A stretch of 64,000 bases of DNA from an uncultured Bdellovibrio sp. (GTDB lineage: Bacteria > Bdellovibrionota > Bdellovibrionia > Bdellovibrionales > Bdellovibrionaceae): the NCBI GenBank assembly GCA_963932905.1, contig CAWVRN010000001.1:448001-512000 (forward strand), read 5' to 3'. The notes under the pieces are model-generated. The model saw only the letters and a program-made list of their open reading frames with translations. It was not told the DNA's origin and made no database searches. The translations under genes were made by a program, and so were the position numbers. Below are positions 40,010-51,335 of the stretch, piece by piece. The number at the start of each line of letters is the position of its first letter. Positions within the stretch are counted from its first letter, which is position 1.

Positions 40010-41220
40010 AATCCCATACAGGCATTCTGAACAGATGTTGGTTTCGTCTTGAAAAAACTCGCCAAGGCTTCAAAAAATCTAGCTTTAATTTTTGGATCTA
40101 ATCCTCCGTCAGCATACGATTTTTTCAAAACGATGTGTAAGTAGCGACGAGACATGTTCGTCTCAAAGAATGATGAAGGAAATGGAAGTGATAAATTAAC
40201 GGTGTGCTGATTAGATAACGATGCTGGTCCCATGCGATTAGTACCGATAAATGGTGCATAGAATGTGTTTTTGTAAGCACCGCTACTGGTGAAAATACGC
40301 TTTCCCGCTGCGGGTAATTCACGTGCTTCCATGTAGAAACCAAAACCTGCGCCGCCGTAAACTTCTAATATTGGGGCAAAGGCACGCTTTAGTGATTCAA
40401 AATCAAAAAACAAATCAAGCATCCAAGCCGATTTATCGTCCACACGAACACGAGAAATACCAAATCCAAATGACGTTCCTAAATAGAATCCAAAATTAGG
40501 CGAAATCCATCTTTTTAACGGCGTTTTCGAAATCACAAAGTCGTAAATGATTTTTCCTAATGTGGCTCCAGCACCGGCAACCACATAAGAATTCATGCCA
40601 AACGTGTTACTGCGAACGAATTGCTCGCTTTTTTGGTAGAACACGCCATTCAGTGAATTAACAAGACCTTGTATCATTTTATATGGTGGCTTGACCTTAA
40701 ATCTCAAAAACATTTTTTCCATGCTGCCGGCAATTCCTGTTAGGAACGCGTGTTTTTTAGAAAGGAATGTTCTTAGTTCTGCTTCTGTTAGATTTTCAAG
40801 GCCCGAATTAATAGCTTCTACTGATTCTTTCGAGAACTGAAGTTTGTATTTTTTAAATTCGTTAATCAAGGCAAGGCGGCTTTTAGAACCACTGTCGTTG
40901 TCGTCTCTTTCAATAACGCCCCAGTTTACTTTGGGACCGAATGGGATAGTTAATGAAGTTAATTTTGTGCCTTTTTCGATATCAGGATTGGAGTTCGTTC
41001 TGATCATCTCCATCAGTTCGGCTTTTGAATATTTATCTAATAAACCGCCATCGAAATTTTTAGAATTGTAATTGAACATCAACTCTTCTTGTTGAGTTGA
41101 CGGAAGGGGTTGATCCGATTGAATCAAAAAATTTGCGAAACTGACAGGCTCGTCGGCGGCCAGGGCAAGTGACGCTGTAAATGAGAATCCAACAATAAGT
41201 AGTAAAAGTTTTTTCAGCAT
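39994..41220 (-). CDS. Hypothetical secreted protein
   Basis: Signal peptide ending in ALA; AGGA RBS; C-terminal tail CMGFYKFL. Confidence 0.7.
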   Translation of the reverse strand: MLKKLLLLIVGFSFTASLALAADEPVSFANFLIQSDQPLPSTQQEELMFNYNSKNFDGGLLDKYSKAELMEMIRTNSNPDIEKGTKLTSLTIPFGPKVNWGVIERDDNDSGSKSRLALINEFKKYKLQFSKESVEAINSGLENLTEAELRTFLSKKHAFLTGIAGSMEKMFLRFKVKPPYKMIQGLVNSLNGVFYQKSEQFVRSNTFGMNSYVVAGAGATLGKIIYDFVISKTPLKRWISPNFGFYLGTSFGFGISRVRVDDKSAWMLDLFFDFESLKRAFAPILEVYGGAGFGFYMEARELPAAGKRIFTSSGAYKNTFYAPFIGTNRMGPASLSNQHTVNLSLPFPSSFFETNMSRRYLHIVLKKSYADGGLDPKIKARFFEALASFFKTKPTSVQNACMGFYKFL

Positions 41221-41302
41221 AGTTTCCTGCGTCGTTAATATAACGAACTATGTAGAAAAGTGATGCTGTCTAAACTTTGAACATTACTTTTTACAATTTT
41301 TA

Positions 41303-42049
41303 CTAAATGAAGCGGTGGAAGTGCCACTGCTTTGATTTGGCAATTTCTTGCAATTGGTATTCTGATTTATAAAGGCGATCTTCCCGATTGGCGGCGCTAA
41401 CCGCAAGTCTTAAACGAGTCGAATACTCCAATAACTCAACGTCGCCTTCAGAATTTCCCACCGCTAAAAACGGAGGGTCTTTGTGCTTTTGCTTGTAGCC
41501 TTCGACTTTGCCCGCTCTATAAGTAATTACTCCATGTTTTTGATCGGTGACGATACCGTCTTTGACCAAAGTTTCCACACCGATAACATCGGTATTTTGC
41601 AGGCCCAAATAGCGAGCTCCCGGTTCAACGGCCCAGCTAATGGAAGCCGTGACAATTTTGATGGTTACGCCACTAGAACTAAGTAACTGGATCAGTTTTT
41701 TCTGATCATCAAAAACCGGAAATGGCTGAAGGCTTTTAAGTGCCTCATCTGACCATTTTCGAACTTGTTCCAACGTTTGGCCTTTGTAGATTTGAGCTAA
41801 CCATAAATAAGCGTCACGAGGATCTGAATTTTTCTTTTTCAGCTCTAGATAATGTTCCCAAGGGTTTGGCGGCAATTCCACTAGACGATTGTCTATCGTG
41901 TAATGAAACAGATTTTCCCCTAAATCAGTGTCCCACAAAGTGCCGTCGGCATCGAAAAGCGCTACTAGAGGCGATTGATTTTTCTTGAGTTCTGCCAGGG
42001 TTTCATTTAACTGTTTCCAAAAAGTTTCGGGATAAGATTTGTATTTCAT
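41303..42049 (-). CDS. HAD-superfamily hydrolase (phosphoserine-phosphatase-like)
   Basis: FDADGTLW, IVTAS, GK and GNSEGD motifs; start moved to ATG 42049. Confidence 0.85.
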   Translation of the reverse strand: MKYKSYPETFWKQLNETLAELKKNQSPLVALFDADGTLWDTDLGENLFHYTIDNRLVELPPNPWEHYLELKKKNSDPRDAYLWLAQIYKGQTLEQVRKWSDEALKSLQPFPVFDDQKKLIQLLSSSGVTIKIVTASISWAVEPGARYLGLQNTDVIGVETLVKDGIVTDQKHGVITYRAGKVEGYKQKHKDPPFLAVGNSEGDVELLEYSTRLRLAVSAANREDRLYKSEYQLQEIAKSKQWHFHRFI

Positions 42050-42101
42050 TAATTGAAACCCTAGCTTAATATAAGTACACTGTCCATAGTAAGAGAGAAT
42101 C

Positions 42102-42575
42102 ATGAGTTTTTACTGCCGAGTATTGCAAAAAGAAGATATTGAAGAGCTACTTGATTTCGAAACCAAAAAACTGATCGAAATTGAACAGAATGAAATGGAA
42201 CGCGAGTTCATCAAGTGGAATTCCCGCTGGAGAAAAGAGTCTCTTGAGCATTATGCCCAACTAGGCTGGAGCTTTATAGCCCGTAATCCAGAAATCAAAT
42301 CTTCGTTTTCCACTGAAGGGCAATTGGTAGGGTATTTTACAGCCCAGCCACTGTTATTCTTAGACGGTCAAACTCAGTCTCTATGGGTAGAACATTTGTC
42401 TTATTCTGCGCTTCAGGCACGTGACGAATTAGTTGAAATCGCGTATCGGTTGTCACGGGATAAGCATTTTCAACGGGTCTATTTTTTAAACAACCAGGGC
42501 GTAGTTAATTCTGTGAATGCCTTCAAGCCAGAGTCTTGGAATCCACAGATGATGTACGTAAAGACAACAAAATGA
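42102..42575 (+). CDS. Hypothetical protein, GNAT-like fold
   Basis: 'GQLVGYF', 'LWVEHL' and 'ELVEIAYR' resemble GNAT strands; stop overlaps the glpD start (ATGA). Confidence 0.55.
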   Translation: MSFYCRVLQKEDIEELLDFETKKLIEIEQNEMEREFIKWNSRWRKESLEHYAQLGWSFIARNPEIKSSFSTEGQLVGYFTAQPLLFLDGQTQSLWVEHLSYSALQARDELVEIAYRLSRDKHFQRVYFLNNQGVVNSVNAFKPESWNPQMMYVKTTK

Positions 42576-44167
42576 ATCCACTAGGCCGCGACCAACGAAA
42601 TCAAAATATTACTCGAATGAATCGCGAAATTTTTGATTTGCTAGTTATCGGTGGCGGTATCACAGGCGCGGGTGTAGCTCGTGATGCCAGTTCCAGAAAT
42701 ATGAAAGTCGCATTGGTTGAAGCCAGTGATTTCGCCTCAGGAACCTCGTCTCGTTCCAGTAAACTGATCCACGGCGGTATTCGCTATTTAGAAAATATGG
42801 AATTCAAATTGGTGTTTGAGGCGCTGTCAGAGCGTAGAACATTATTTGAAATAGCCCCGCATCTGGTTCATCCCATGCGTTTTATGATTCCGCTATTTAA
42901 AGATTCTCGGGTCACCTTTTTTAAAATGGGTCTCGGGATGTGGTTGTACGATATCCTTTCGTTATTCCAAGCTCCCGAAGTTCATAAAAAATTGGCAGCC
43001 AAAGAAACAATTTCGACTCAGTCCGAGCTGAAAGAAACTAATCTTGTCGGATCGTATATTTATTACGATGCTTATATGGATGATGACCGTTTGACGATTG
43101 AAACGATTCGATCCGCATCTAACTTTGGTGCCGCTATAGGGAATTATTTAAAAGTTCTAAGTATAACTAAATCGAAAGATCTTTATTTAGTCGATTTGGT
43201 CGACATGCTTGATCAAACTCAGATCCAAATTAAAACTAAGCAAATCGTTAGCTGTACGGGCCCTTGGACAGATATTTTCGGCAGCCAAATTGAAAAAGGC
43301 TGGAAGAAACGACTGCGCCCAACAAAAGGCATTCACTTAATTTTACATAGAAAAAAACTGCCTCTACATCAAGCCATTGTAATGGGAGCTGAAAAAAGTA
43401 ATCGTATTATTTTTGGTATTCCACGTGGCGATTATATTATTGTGGGAACTACGGACACCGATTTTTCTGCTGATCCTGCAACGGTGAATTCTGATAAGGT
43501 CGATGTGGAATACCTGTTACAGGTTTTAAAATCTTATTTTCCAAATTCAAATGTAACAGTCAGTGATATTTTGTCTTCTTACTCGGGCGTTCGTCCTTTG
43601 GTAAAAGATGATTCGGATACACCAAATACAACCAGCCGTGAACACTTGATCTTTAAAGATCCGATGGGCATCGTTCACGTTACTGGCGGCAAATACACGA
43701 CCTATCGTAAAATGGCACAAGATGCGGTTCAAACTTTGTTAAAAGAGTTACCTTATGAAAAACGAGTGGAGTTTAAACAATCACGCACTCTTGAACCAAT
43801 AAATGATTTAGTTTCAGAAGTAAGTTATCGCGAATTTATTTCGCAAGATAGATCTGGTGAGGAAAAGAAACTGGCAGAACGATATGGTCCGGAAGCTCTT
43901 GTGATTCTTCGTCCTCAAGGAAATTACAGTTTGTTGCAAAGGGAAGTAGTTTTTCACATTGAGAACACAATGTGCCTAAGCATCCCTGATTTCTATATTC
44001 GCCGATCAAATTTATTCTTATACTACCGCGATCACGGCCTAAGTAAATTCGAAGAAATTTCGCAGGTTTTCAAAGATAAACTTGGCTACACCGATAAACA
44101 AATTGGAAATGATCTTGATTCTCTGCACGCTACCATCAAAAAAGAAATGGGCTGGAAAAATACCTGA
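42572..44167 (+). CDS. glpD: FAD-dependent glycerol-3-phosphate dehydrogenase
   Basis: VIGGGITG, DFASGTSSRSSKLIHGGIRYL, GTTD, GVRPL and GGKYTTYR. Confidence 0.93.
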   Translation: MNPLGRDQRNQNITRMNREIFDLLVIGGGITGAGVARDASSRNMKVALVEASDFASGTSSRSSKLIHGGIRYLENMEFKLVFEALSERRTLFEIAPHLVHPMRFMIPLFKDSRVTFFKMGLGMWLYDILSLFQAPEVHKKLAAKETISTQSELKETNLVGSYIYYDAYMDDDRLTIETIRSASNFGAAIGNYLKVLSITKSKDLYLVDLVDMLDQTQIQIKTKQIVSCTGPWTDIFGSQIEKGWKKRLRPTKGIHLILHRKKLPLHQAIVMGAEKSNRIIFGIPRGDYIIVGTTDTDFSADPATVNSDKVDVEYLLQVLKSYFPNSNVTVSDILSSYSGVRPLVKDDSDTPNTTSREHLIFKDPMGIVHVTGGKYTTYRKMAQDAVQTLLKELPYEKRVEFKQSRTLEPINDLVSEVSYREFISQDRSGEEKKLAERYGPEALVILRPQGNYSLLQREVVFHIENTMCLSIPDFYIRRSNLFLYYRDHGLSKFEEISQVFKDKLGYTDKQIGNDLDSLHATIKKEMGWKNT

Positions 44168-44186
44168 TCATCTTCGACGATAGTGT

Positions 44187-45542
44187 CTAAGCTATAAATG
44201 CTTTATGCAAACGCTTCAAAGCATCTTCAGCTGCAGAATCTTTCACTAAGAAACAGAAATTGTGTTTGCTGGCTCCAAGACAAATCATTCGTACGTTGAT
44301 GTCAGGAATGGATTCGAAAATCTTTTTCGCTAAACCCGAAGTGTGAATGATATTGTTACCGATTAAGGACACCAAAGATAAATTATCTTCAATGTGAACT
44401 TCAGCAATGGCTTCTAGCTTTTTGAAAAGCTCCTTGTTCTGTAACGTAACCTCATCAAGAGTCATCGAAACCGAAATTTCAGATGTAGTAATGGCATCAA
44501 CAGAAACTTTATGTTCATTGAAAATAGTAAATACTTGAAACAAGAAACCATGGGCCTGCAACATTTCTGGAGTTGAAAGTGTCACTAGTACTTGCTTGCG
44601 ACGTAGAGCCATCGCGCGAATCAGAGGCTGATTTTCAACTTCTTTGCGTACCCAAGTGCCCCCTTTGTTTGCGTCAAAACTTGAACCCACGAAAACCGGG
44701 ATATTCTTGCGTATCGCTGGAAGAAGGGTTGCTGGGTGCAGAACTTTAGCACCGAAGGTAGCTAGCTCGGACGCTTCTTTGAATGAAATTTCATCAATGA
44801 CTTTGGCTTCTTTAACAAGGCGGGGATCTGTCGTTAGAATTCCTGTCACGTCCGTCCAAATTTCACAGGTAGTGGCGTTGATACCTTCGGCCAATATGGC
44901 AGCTGAAAAATCACTGCCGCCGCGACCTAATGTCGTGGTGTGGCCTTCCATTGTCGATCCGATAAAGCCTTGAGTCACACCGACATCATTACCTTTAACT
45001 ACGGCTGAGAAAAATTCAGGACCGTGCTTGTTGATGTAGTCTTGATTCGGTTTTGCTTTCCCAAACATATCATCTGTCTTTAAAATTTCGCGGGCATCAT
45101 ACAAAATGGCCTTGCGGTTTTGGCCGGCCAGTTCATTAGTCATAGCCTGAGTGAATAGGACCGAAGACATACGCTCCCCTAGACTTTGCAACGCATCTAA
45201 TGCTTTAAGGGATAAATCTTTTAAGTAGAATACGCCCTTGATAATTGACTCTAGTTCCTGAAATAAATTGGTCAGTTTCGCATGTCCCGCGGAATCCAGT
45301 TTTAGATCCTGAGCAATCACCAAATGGCGTTTGCGGATGTCTTCAATCAAAGTCTCTAATTGTGGCCATTCATGATTTAAAGCCTTATTTCCCAAGGCAA
45401 TCAGGAGGTTCGTCGTGCCTGAAGTCGCTGAAACTACGACCAGATTGGCATTTTGGCTCAAGCTCACCTGAGCACTTCGCTTCATGCATTGGGCATCGCC
45501 CATTGAGGTTCCACCAAATTTAGATACTACGATAGTTTTCAT
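44187..45542 (-). CDS. lysC: Aspartokinase (lysine-sensitive type III-like)
   Basis: KFGGTS, VVSA, TTLGRGGSD, WTDV and FGAKVLHP; two ACT domains. Confidence 0.93.
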   Translation of the reverse strand: MKTIVVSKFGGTSMGDAQCMKRSAQVSLSQNANLVVVSATSGTTNLLIALGNKALNHEWPQLETLIEDIRKRHLVIAQDLKLDSAGHAKLTNLFQELESIIKGVFYLKDLSLKALDALQSLGERMSSVLFTQAMTNELAGQNRKAILYDAREILKTDDMFGKAKPNQDYINKHGPEFFSAVVKGNDVGVTQGFIGSTMEGHTTTLGRGGSDFSAAILAEGINATTCEIWTDVTGILTTDPRLVKEAKVIDEISFKEASELATFGAKVLHPATLLPAIRKNIPVFVGSSFDANKGGTWVRKEVENQPLIRAMALRRKQVLVTLSTPEMLQAHGFLFQVFTIFNEHKVSVDAITTSEISVSMTLDEVTLQNKELFKKLEAIAEVHIEDNLSLVSLIGNNIIHTSGLAKKIFESIPDINVRMICLGASKHNFCFLVKDSAAEDALKRLHKAFIA

Positions 45543-45673
45543 GAATTCTCCGCGTGAACGTTCTCGAAGAGACGCTTATAACGGAATTTTTTTAAGTCGT
45601 GTATTTCCGAGTCTAATGATGCTAAGCGTTTTTTTGGTCGAGTTGGGCTGATCAAATTGCATAAATATCTGCA

Positions 45674-45702
45674 TTGACTCTTATTTTATCGAAACCTACA
45701 CT
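45674..45702 (+). promoter_or_regulatory. Sigma70-like promoter of mreB
   Basis: TTGACT-17 nt-TACACT. Confidence 0.65.
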
Positions 45703-45757
45703 CTTTATATTACGTCAAAATATCGGTTTATTTCACCTTTTTGACTCTAACTTATAA

Positions 45758-46825
<1,068 letters not shown>

Positions 46826-46827
46826 TA

Positions 46828-47295
46828 ATGGAGAAGGTGGATCTTAAATTAAAAAACGATCCCTTTGACGTTAAATCGTTGGTCCGCCCTCTATCTTTGT
46901 TCTTTTTTTTTTCGTTGATGAACGAAACTAAATCGATTCATTACACGATCAAAACCATCGAAAAGTTGAAAAAATTAAAGCCTGGAACTGACATCGGTAA
47001 AATGATGATCAAAATTGCGTCCGATCTTTTAACTAAAAGTAACAACACTGAAGTGTACATTACAAAAAATGTGGGCGAGTTTTGGATTCTTCCAATGGAT
47101 TTAGAATTAGGTCCTTGGAAAGAATTCCATAAAAAAATTTCTAAGAAAGAATTGGTGTCATTGTTGTGGGGGCTTGTAATCAAAGTTCCCGAAGACGATA
47201 TCACAGACGCTTTAGGTATCAGTCAAGGAACTCATAGATATAGGATTTCAAGCGCACTGAAACAGTTAGGTTCGAACACATTTTTATTAAAATAG
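46828..47295 (+). CDS. Degenerate ECF-sigma-like protein (region-4 HTH only)
   Basis: C-terminal EDDITDALGISQGTHRYRISSALKQL resembles ECF region 4.2; region 2 is not recognisable. Confidence 0.55.
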   Translation: MEKVDLKLKNDPFDVKSLVRPLSLFFFFSLMNETKSIHYTIKTIEKLKKLKPGTDIGKMMIKIASDLLTKSNNTEVYITKNVGEFWILPMDLELGPWKEFHKKISKKELVSLLWGLVIKVPEDDITDALGISQGTHRYRISSALKQLGSNTFLLK

Positions 47296-47311
47296 TAAAC
47301 AGGGGCCGTAA

Positions 47312-48343
47312 GTGGAGTTTATAAAACTTAAAAAGAATAAAAGCCGAGAGATGAGTGACTTTGTCGCGAATCATCTTCTTTTTGAGTACGCCCGCAATAC
47401 ATTGGATTCGGAGAGAAAAAAATCGGTTGAGAAGGCGTTAGAATCGGCACCGGAATTACAAAATGAATTTATTAAATTAATTAATGGTATTCAGTATTGT
47501 GAAAAATTAAGTGAAACATTAATAAACGATGCCGCTGTTAAACAGATTGAACTTCAGTCGTCGCAAGTGAACTTTATTGTCAATCGTTTGCGTTGGCATC
47601 AATGGCCGCTGGGATTTAGATGGTTGGTTGAAGCTGGTGTCGTAGCCTTGCTTTTAGTGATTGTCCTGAATGTGCTTCCACTAAACAGACTTATTCATTT
47701 AAACGACGGTTCTGACAGTCAAACGATCGTGGCTGAAGTAAACCGTAAAAAGAAACCGGATTTAGGCGAAACTCCAGAAGCCAATGTTGAGAAACCGGAT
47801 TTCACGGATGAAGAAGTTAAGCAGCCAACGACAGTAGCCGCAAAAGATAAAACTCAGTCAGTCAAAACTAACGACCCTAAATTGGTAACACCATCGGTGG
47901 AAACGAAACCGGTCGCAGTCAAGCAACCAGAGCCACCGCCTGTTGCTATTCCAAAACCGATGACCCAACCAGTGGCCGCAGTGAGCTCTCCAGAGACAGA
48001 AAAACCGGCAAAATCTACGGGCTGGATTTATCGTGGACAGTTCCTAGTAACAAATGCTGAGGCCGTTTCGCCAAAAATTAAAGACAAAATTAAAGAACTC
48101 GGTGGACAAAAAGCCGGGGAAGTTGAAATTGGTTGGTTGAAAACGCCGAATGTATATTATTTCCATTTTACCGTTCCCGAGGCTAAGTTGGGCGAACTGG
48201 AAGCACTACTTAAAGATTACTCGACAGGAAAGATCGTAAAAGAAGCGCATCCCAGGGTAATGCCAGATGGAATTATTCGTATGCTTTTCACGGTTGAAGA
48301 GAAAGCGGCTGACGCCAAGGCTGCGGCCCCTGAAGACAAGTAA
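47312..48343 (+). CDS. Anti-sigma-like membrane protein
   Basis: N-terminal LLFEYARNTLDSERKKSVEKAL (anti-sigma-like, no HxxxCxxC); one TM helix; Pro-rich linker; small C-terminal alpha/beta domain. Confidence 0.55.
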   Translation: MEFIKLKKNKSREMSDFVANHLLFEYARNTLDSERKKSVEKALESAPELQNEFIKLINGIQYCEKLSETLINDAAVKQIELQSSQVNFIVNRLRWHQWPLGFRWLVEAGVVALLLVIVLNVLPLNRLIHLNDGSDSQTIVAEVNRKKKPDLGETPEANVEKPDFTDEEVKQPTTVAAKDKTQSVKTNDPKLVTPSVETKPVAVKQPEPPPVAIPKPMTQPVAAVSSPETEKPAKSTGWIYRGQFLVTNAEAVSPKIKDKIKELGGQKAGEVEIGWLKTPNVYYFHFTVPEAKLGELEALLKDYSTGKIVKEAHPRVMPDGIIRMLFTVEEKAADAKAAAPEDK

Positions 48344-48379
48344 CTAGAAAACAAATAACTATTTAAGGTTTTTCATCGG

Positions 48380-50320
48380 ATGAGAAAAATAGTTTTAAAG
48401 CGTAAAAAATCGAAACGCTCGATCAGAACCATTATTATTTCATGGTTTTTGTTGCTTTCATTATTACCTTTAATTTTCGTGGCTTATTATTCAACCGTAA
48501 AATACGAACAAGCGATCGATAAAGAATTATTACAACGACTTTCTGTCAATTCACGCGAAATCGAAGTTATCCTAGCTGACTTTAAGTCGGGTCTACAAGT
48601 TCGTCGTGATCGTTATCTAAAAGATCCTTATTTGATTTACAACCTTTCTATAAGCGATCGTCAAACTCTGAACCAGCTTGGCTCTGAATATATTATGCAG
48701 GAGTTTTCTTCAGAACTTATTTTTTTCAATCGCGAAGCTCGACAGGTAGCGAAAGTGATTAAAAACGACAAGAATGAAGTTATCTCGGTTTCTAGCCGCG
48801 ACGAAGCCACGTTCTTGTCGGACAAATATATTTCTGTTTTAAAAACTAGCAAAGATATACCAATCCTTGAATATGATAGGGATCGAATTTTACTGACGCT
48901 GTTGTCGCGTGTAAATAATCAAAGTAAAAAAACAATCGGATATATTCAGCAAAAAATTTATCTAGATAGTGCATTCATTTCACGTCTAAAAAATAGATTG
49001 AAATTGGAATTTGTTCTAGGCAAAGAAGACAGCACAATCATTTTGGCCAGTTTCAAAGCCGCTCAAGCATCGAACATTTTTAGCCGTATTCAATCGGTTG
49101 CTTATTCTAAAGATCCCATTGTTGAAGTTCCCATTAAAAATACTCCCTATGGTTTCTACGTTTCGTTTATGGAATGGGGACATTCACGATTTCTATTGTC
49201 ATTAGGGGTTTCAAAATCAGATTCGCGTGAGGTTCTAAAAAATATCAATTTGGCTTATTTCAGCGTCGTTGGTGTCGTTATCATATTTCTAATTATTACC
49301 GTTATTATTACTAGTAAATGGATTTTGGCGCCGTTAAATAACCTGGTGGATGCACTTCATTCATTTGAAACTCAGGAACAAGCTGTCACCATTCCCGTAA
49401 AAAATGATACAGAAATTGGTTTGCTGACCGAAAGTTTCAATCAGATGAGTATCAACATCTCGCAAGCTAGGAATGATCTAAAGAAAAAGGTGCAGGAATT
49501 AGAAGCCGCCAATCGTGAGCTGAAGGAAACTCAAAAAAAGCTTGTTCATTCAGCCAAGATGATTTCCCTCGGCGAGCTTGTGGCGGGTGTAGCCCATGAA
49601 TTGAATAATCCCATCAGTTTCATTTACAGTAATATGAGTTATTTGCGCGACTATTCATCAAAATTAATTGACCTGGTTCGCTTGGCCAGCGCGGAACCGG
49701 CCGCTTTGGAAAAGAAAAAATCCGAAGTCGAATTTGACTATATTGTGAAAGATTTACCGAAGTTAATTTCGTCTTGTGAAGAAGGTGCTCGACGGACTCG
49801 TGATATCGTTCTTGGCCTAAGAAATTTTTCTCGGATTGACGAATCTCAAATTAAGGAAGTGGATATCCGCGAAACAATCGACACTACATTAAATTTACTT
49901 CAGGGCGAGATAAAAAATCGTATTGAAATTAAAAAAGACTATGAGCCGATTCCGATGATTAAATGTTTTGCGAGTCAGTTAAGCCAAGTTTTTGTAAATT
50001 TGCTTTCGAATGCTATTCAAGCCATTTCCGGAAATGGTACCATTTGGATTCACGTCAATTTAATAAAAGGTAAAGAAAATTGGGTACAGATATCGATCCA
50101 AGATAGTGGTAGCGGTATTTCATCAGAGAACTTAGATAAGATTTTTGATCCTTTCTTCACGACTAAAGGTGTGGGGCAAGGTACTGGTTTGGGCTTAAGT
50201 ATTACTTATGGAATTATTCAAAAGCACGGTGGTGATATTCAAGTTAAATCACAGCTAGATGTCGGTACAGAGTTTATTATACAGCTTCCGATAGAGCCTA
50301 AACTCAGTAAACAGTCCTAA
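48380..50320 (+). CDS. HAMP-domain sensor histidine kinase
   Basis: Two TM helices flanking a periplasmic domain; HAMP ([12 protein letters not shown]), [14 protein letters not shown] and GQGTGLGL. Confidence 0.93.
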   Translation: MRKIVLKRKKSKRSIRTIIISWFLLLSLLPLIFVAYYSTVKYEQAIDKELLQRLSVNSREIEVILADFKSGLQVRRDRYLKDPYLIYNLSISDRQTLNQLGSEYIMQEFSSELIFFNREARQVAKVIKNDKNEVISVSSRDEATFLSDKYISVLKTSKDIPILEYDRDRILLTLLSRVNNQSKKTIGYIQQKIYLDSAFISRLKNRLKLEFVLGKEDSTIILASFKAAQASNIFSRIQSVAYSKDPIVEVPIKNTPYGFYVSFMEWGHSRFLLSLGVSKSDSREVLKNINLAYFSVVGVVIIFLIITVIITSKWILAPLNNLVDALHSFETQEQAVTIPVKNDTEIGLLTESFNQMSINISQARNDLKKKVQELEAANRELKETQKKLVHSAKMISLGELVAGVAHELNNPISFIYSNMSYLRDYSSKLIDLVRLASAEPAALEKKKSEVEFDYIVKDLPKLISSCEEGARRTRDIVLGLRNFSRIDESQIKEVDIRETIDTTLNLLQGEIKNRIEIKKDYEPIPMIKCFASQLSQVFVNLLSNAIQAISGNGTIWIHVNLIKGKENWVQISIQDSGSGISSENLDKIFDPFFTTKGVGQGTGLGLSITYGIIQKHGGDIQVKSQLDVGTEFIIQLPIEPKLSKQS

Positions 50321-50341
50321 GTCCTAAATTTATATATGTAC

Positions 50342-50368
50342 TTAATTTTTCAATAGGGTAACCGATCT
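50342..50368 (+). promoter_or_regulatory. Possible sigma28-like promoter of the motAB-like operon
   Basis: TTAA-N15-ACCGATCT, 7 nt before ATG 50376; no RBS. Confidence 0.4.
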
Positions 50369-50375
50369 TCTATGT

Positions 50376-51332
50376 ATGAATTTATCGTCGCTACTTGGCA
50401 CGGCCATCATTAGTTTCGTTTTGTTTTTCGGCGTCCTAAAAGGGTCGAAGAATCCTGAAATATTTTTGAATGCCCACGCGTTAATGTTGGTGCTGGGTGG
50501 TACACTGGGCGTAACACTGCTTGCATTTCCCTTTAGAAAATTGAAAGAGATGCTAGATTTCCTGATCTACGGCCTATTCTTCAAAAAGAAAACTGAAGAT
50601 TTATTTGTTGTGGCTGACTTAATTCGGATTGCCGAAGAATACCGAAAGGACCCACATGGATTTATCAATAACTATTCTGTGGCGAATCCGTTTCTAAAGG
50701 AAGCTCTTAAGTTATTATCTAAAAATGCACTTTCTTATGAAGATTTACTATTGATCGTTAAAAACCGTCGTGATTCGTTCAAAAAACGCTACCAAGAAGA
50801 TCATAAAATGTTGCTGTCTATTTCCAAATTCCCGCCGGGATTGGGACTACTTGGTGCTTCGTCCGGTATGATCGAGATGATGATTGGTCTAAATTCCTCA
50901 GGTATGGATGGTATCGGTAATGCTATGGCCGTCGCGCTCGTTGCTACGTTCTGGGGTATCGCGATTGCGAACTTTGTATTTTTGCCACTTGCCGACTATG
51001 CCGCTCGAGTTGCGTCGGAAGATTTTTTCACTCGTAGCTTAGTTGTTCATGGTATTTCACTTATCAAGCAGGGGATGGCTCCGAAAATTATTGCAGAAAC
51101 GCTGATCAGTCAGTTACCTATCAGAGATCAAGTATATTTAAGAAATATTTTCTTTAAATCGGCGGTGGTTGGATCAGGTTTGGCAAGCTATACGGCTCCG
51201 CCAAGTTCAGGTACTGGTGCTAAATCAGAAATTTCTGTAATCACACCGATGGCGCCGACTATTGGTGGCAAAAAAACAGATCAGGACAAAACAAACGTAT
51301 TAGAGTTTCCAAAAACTGGCTCCGAGGAATAG
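50376..51332 (+). CDS. MotA/PomA-family ion-channel subunit
   Basis: VLGGT, PPGLGLLG and MAVALVATFWGIAIANFVFLPLA TM motifs; extra low-complexity C-terminal tail. Confidence 0.88.
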   Translation: MNLSSLLGTAIISFVLFFGVLKGSKNPEIFLNAHALMLVLGGTLGVTLLAFPFRKLKEMLDFLIYGLFFKKKTEDLFVVADLIRIAEEYRKDPHGFINNYSVANPFLKEALKLLSKNALSYEDLLLIVKNRRDSFKKRYQEDHKMLLSISKFPPGLGLLGASSGMIEMMIGLNSSGMDGIGNAMAVALVATFWGIAIANFVFLPLADYAARVASEDFFTRSLVVHGISLIKQGMAPKIIAETLISQLPIRDQVYLRNIFFKSAVVGSGLASYTAPPSSGTGAKSEISVITPMAPTIGGKKTDQDKTNVLEFPKTGSEE

Positions 51333-51335
51333 TTT

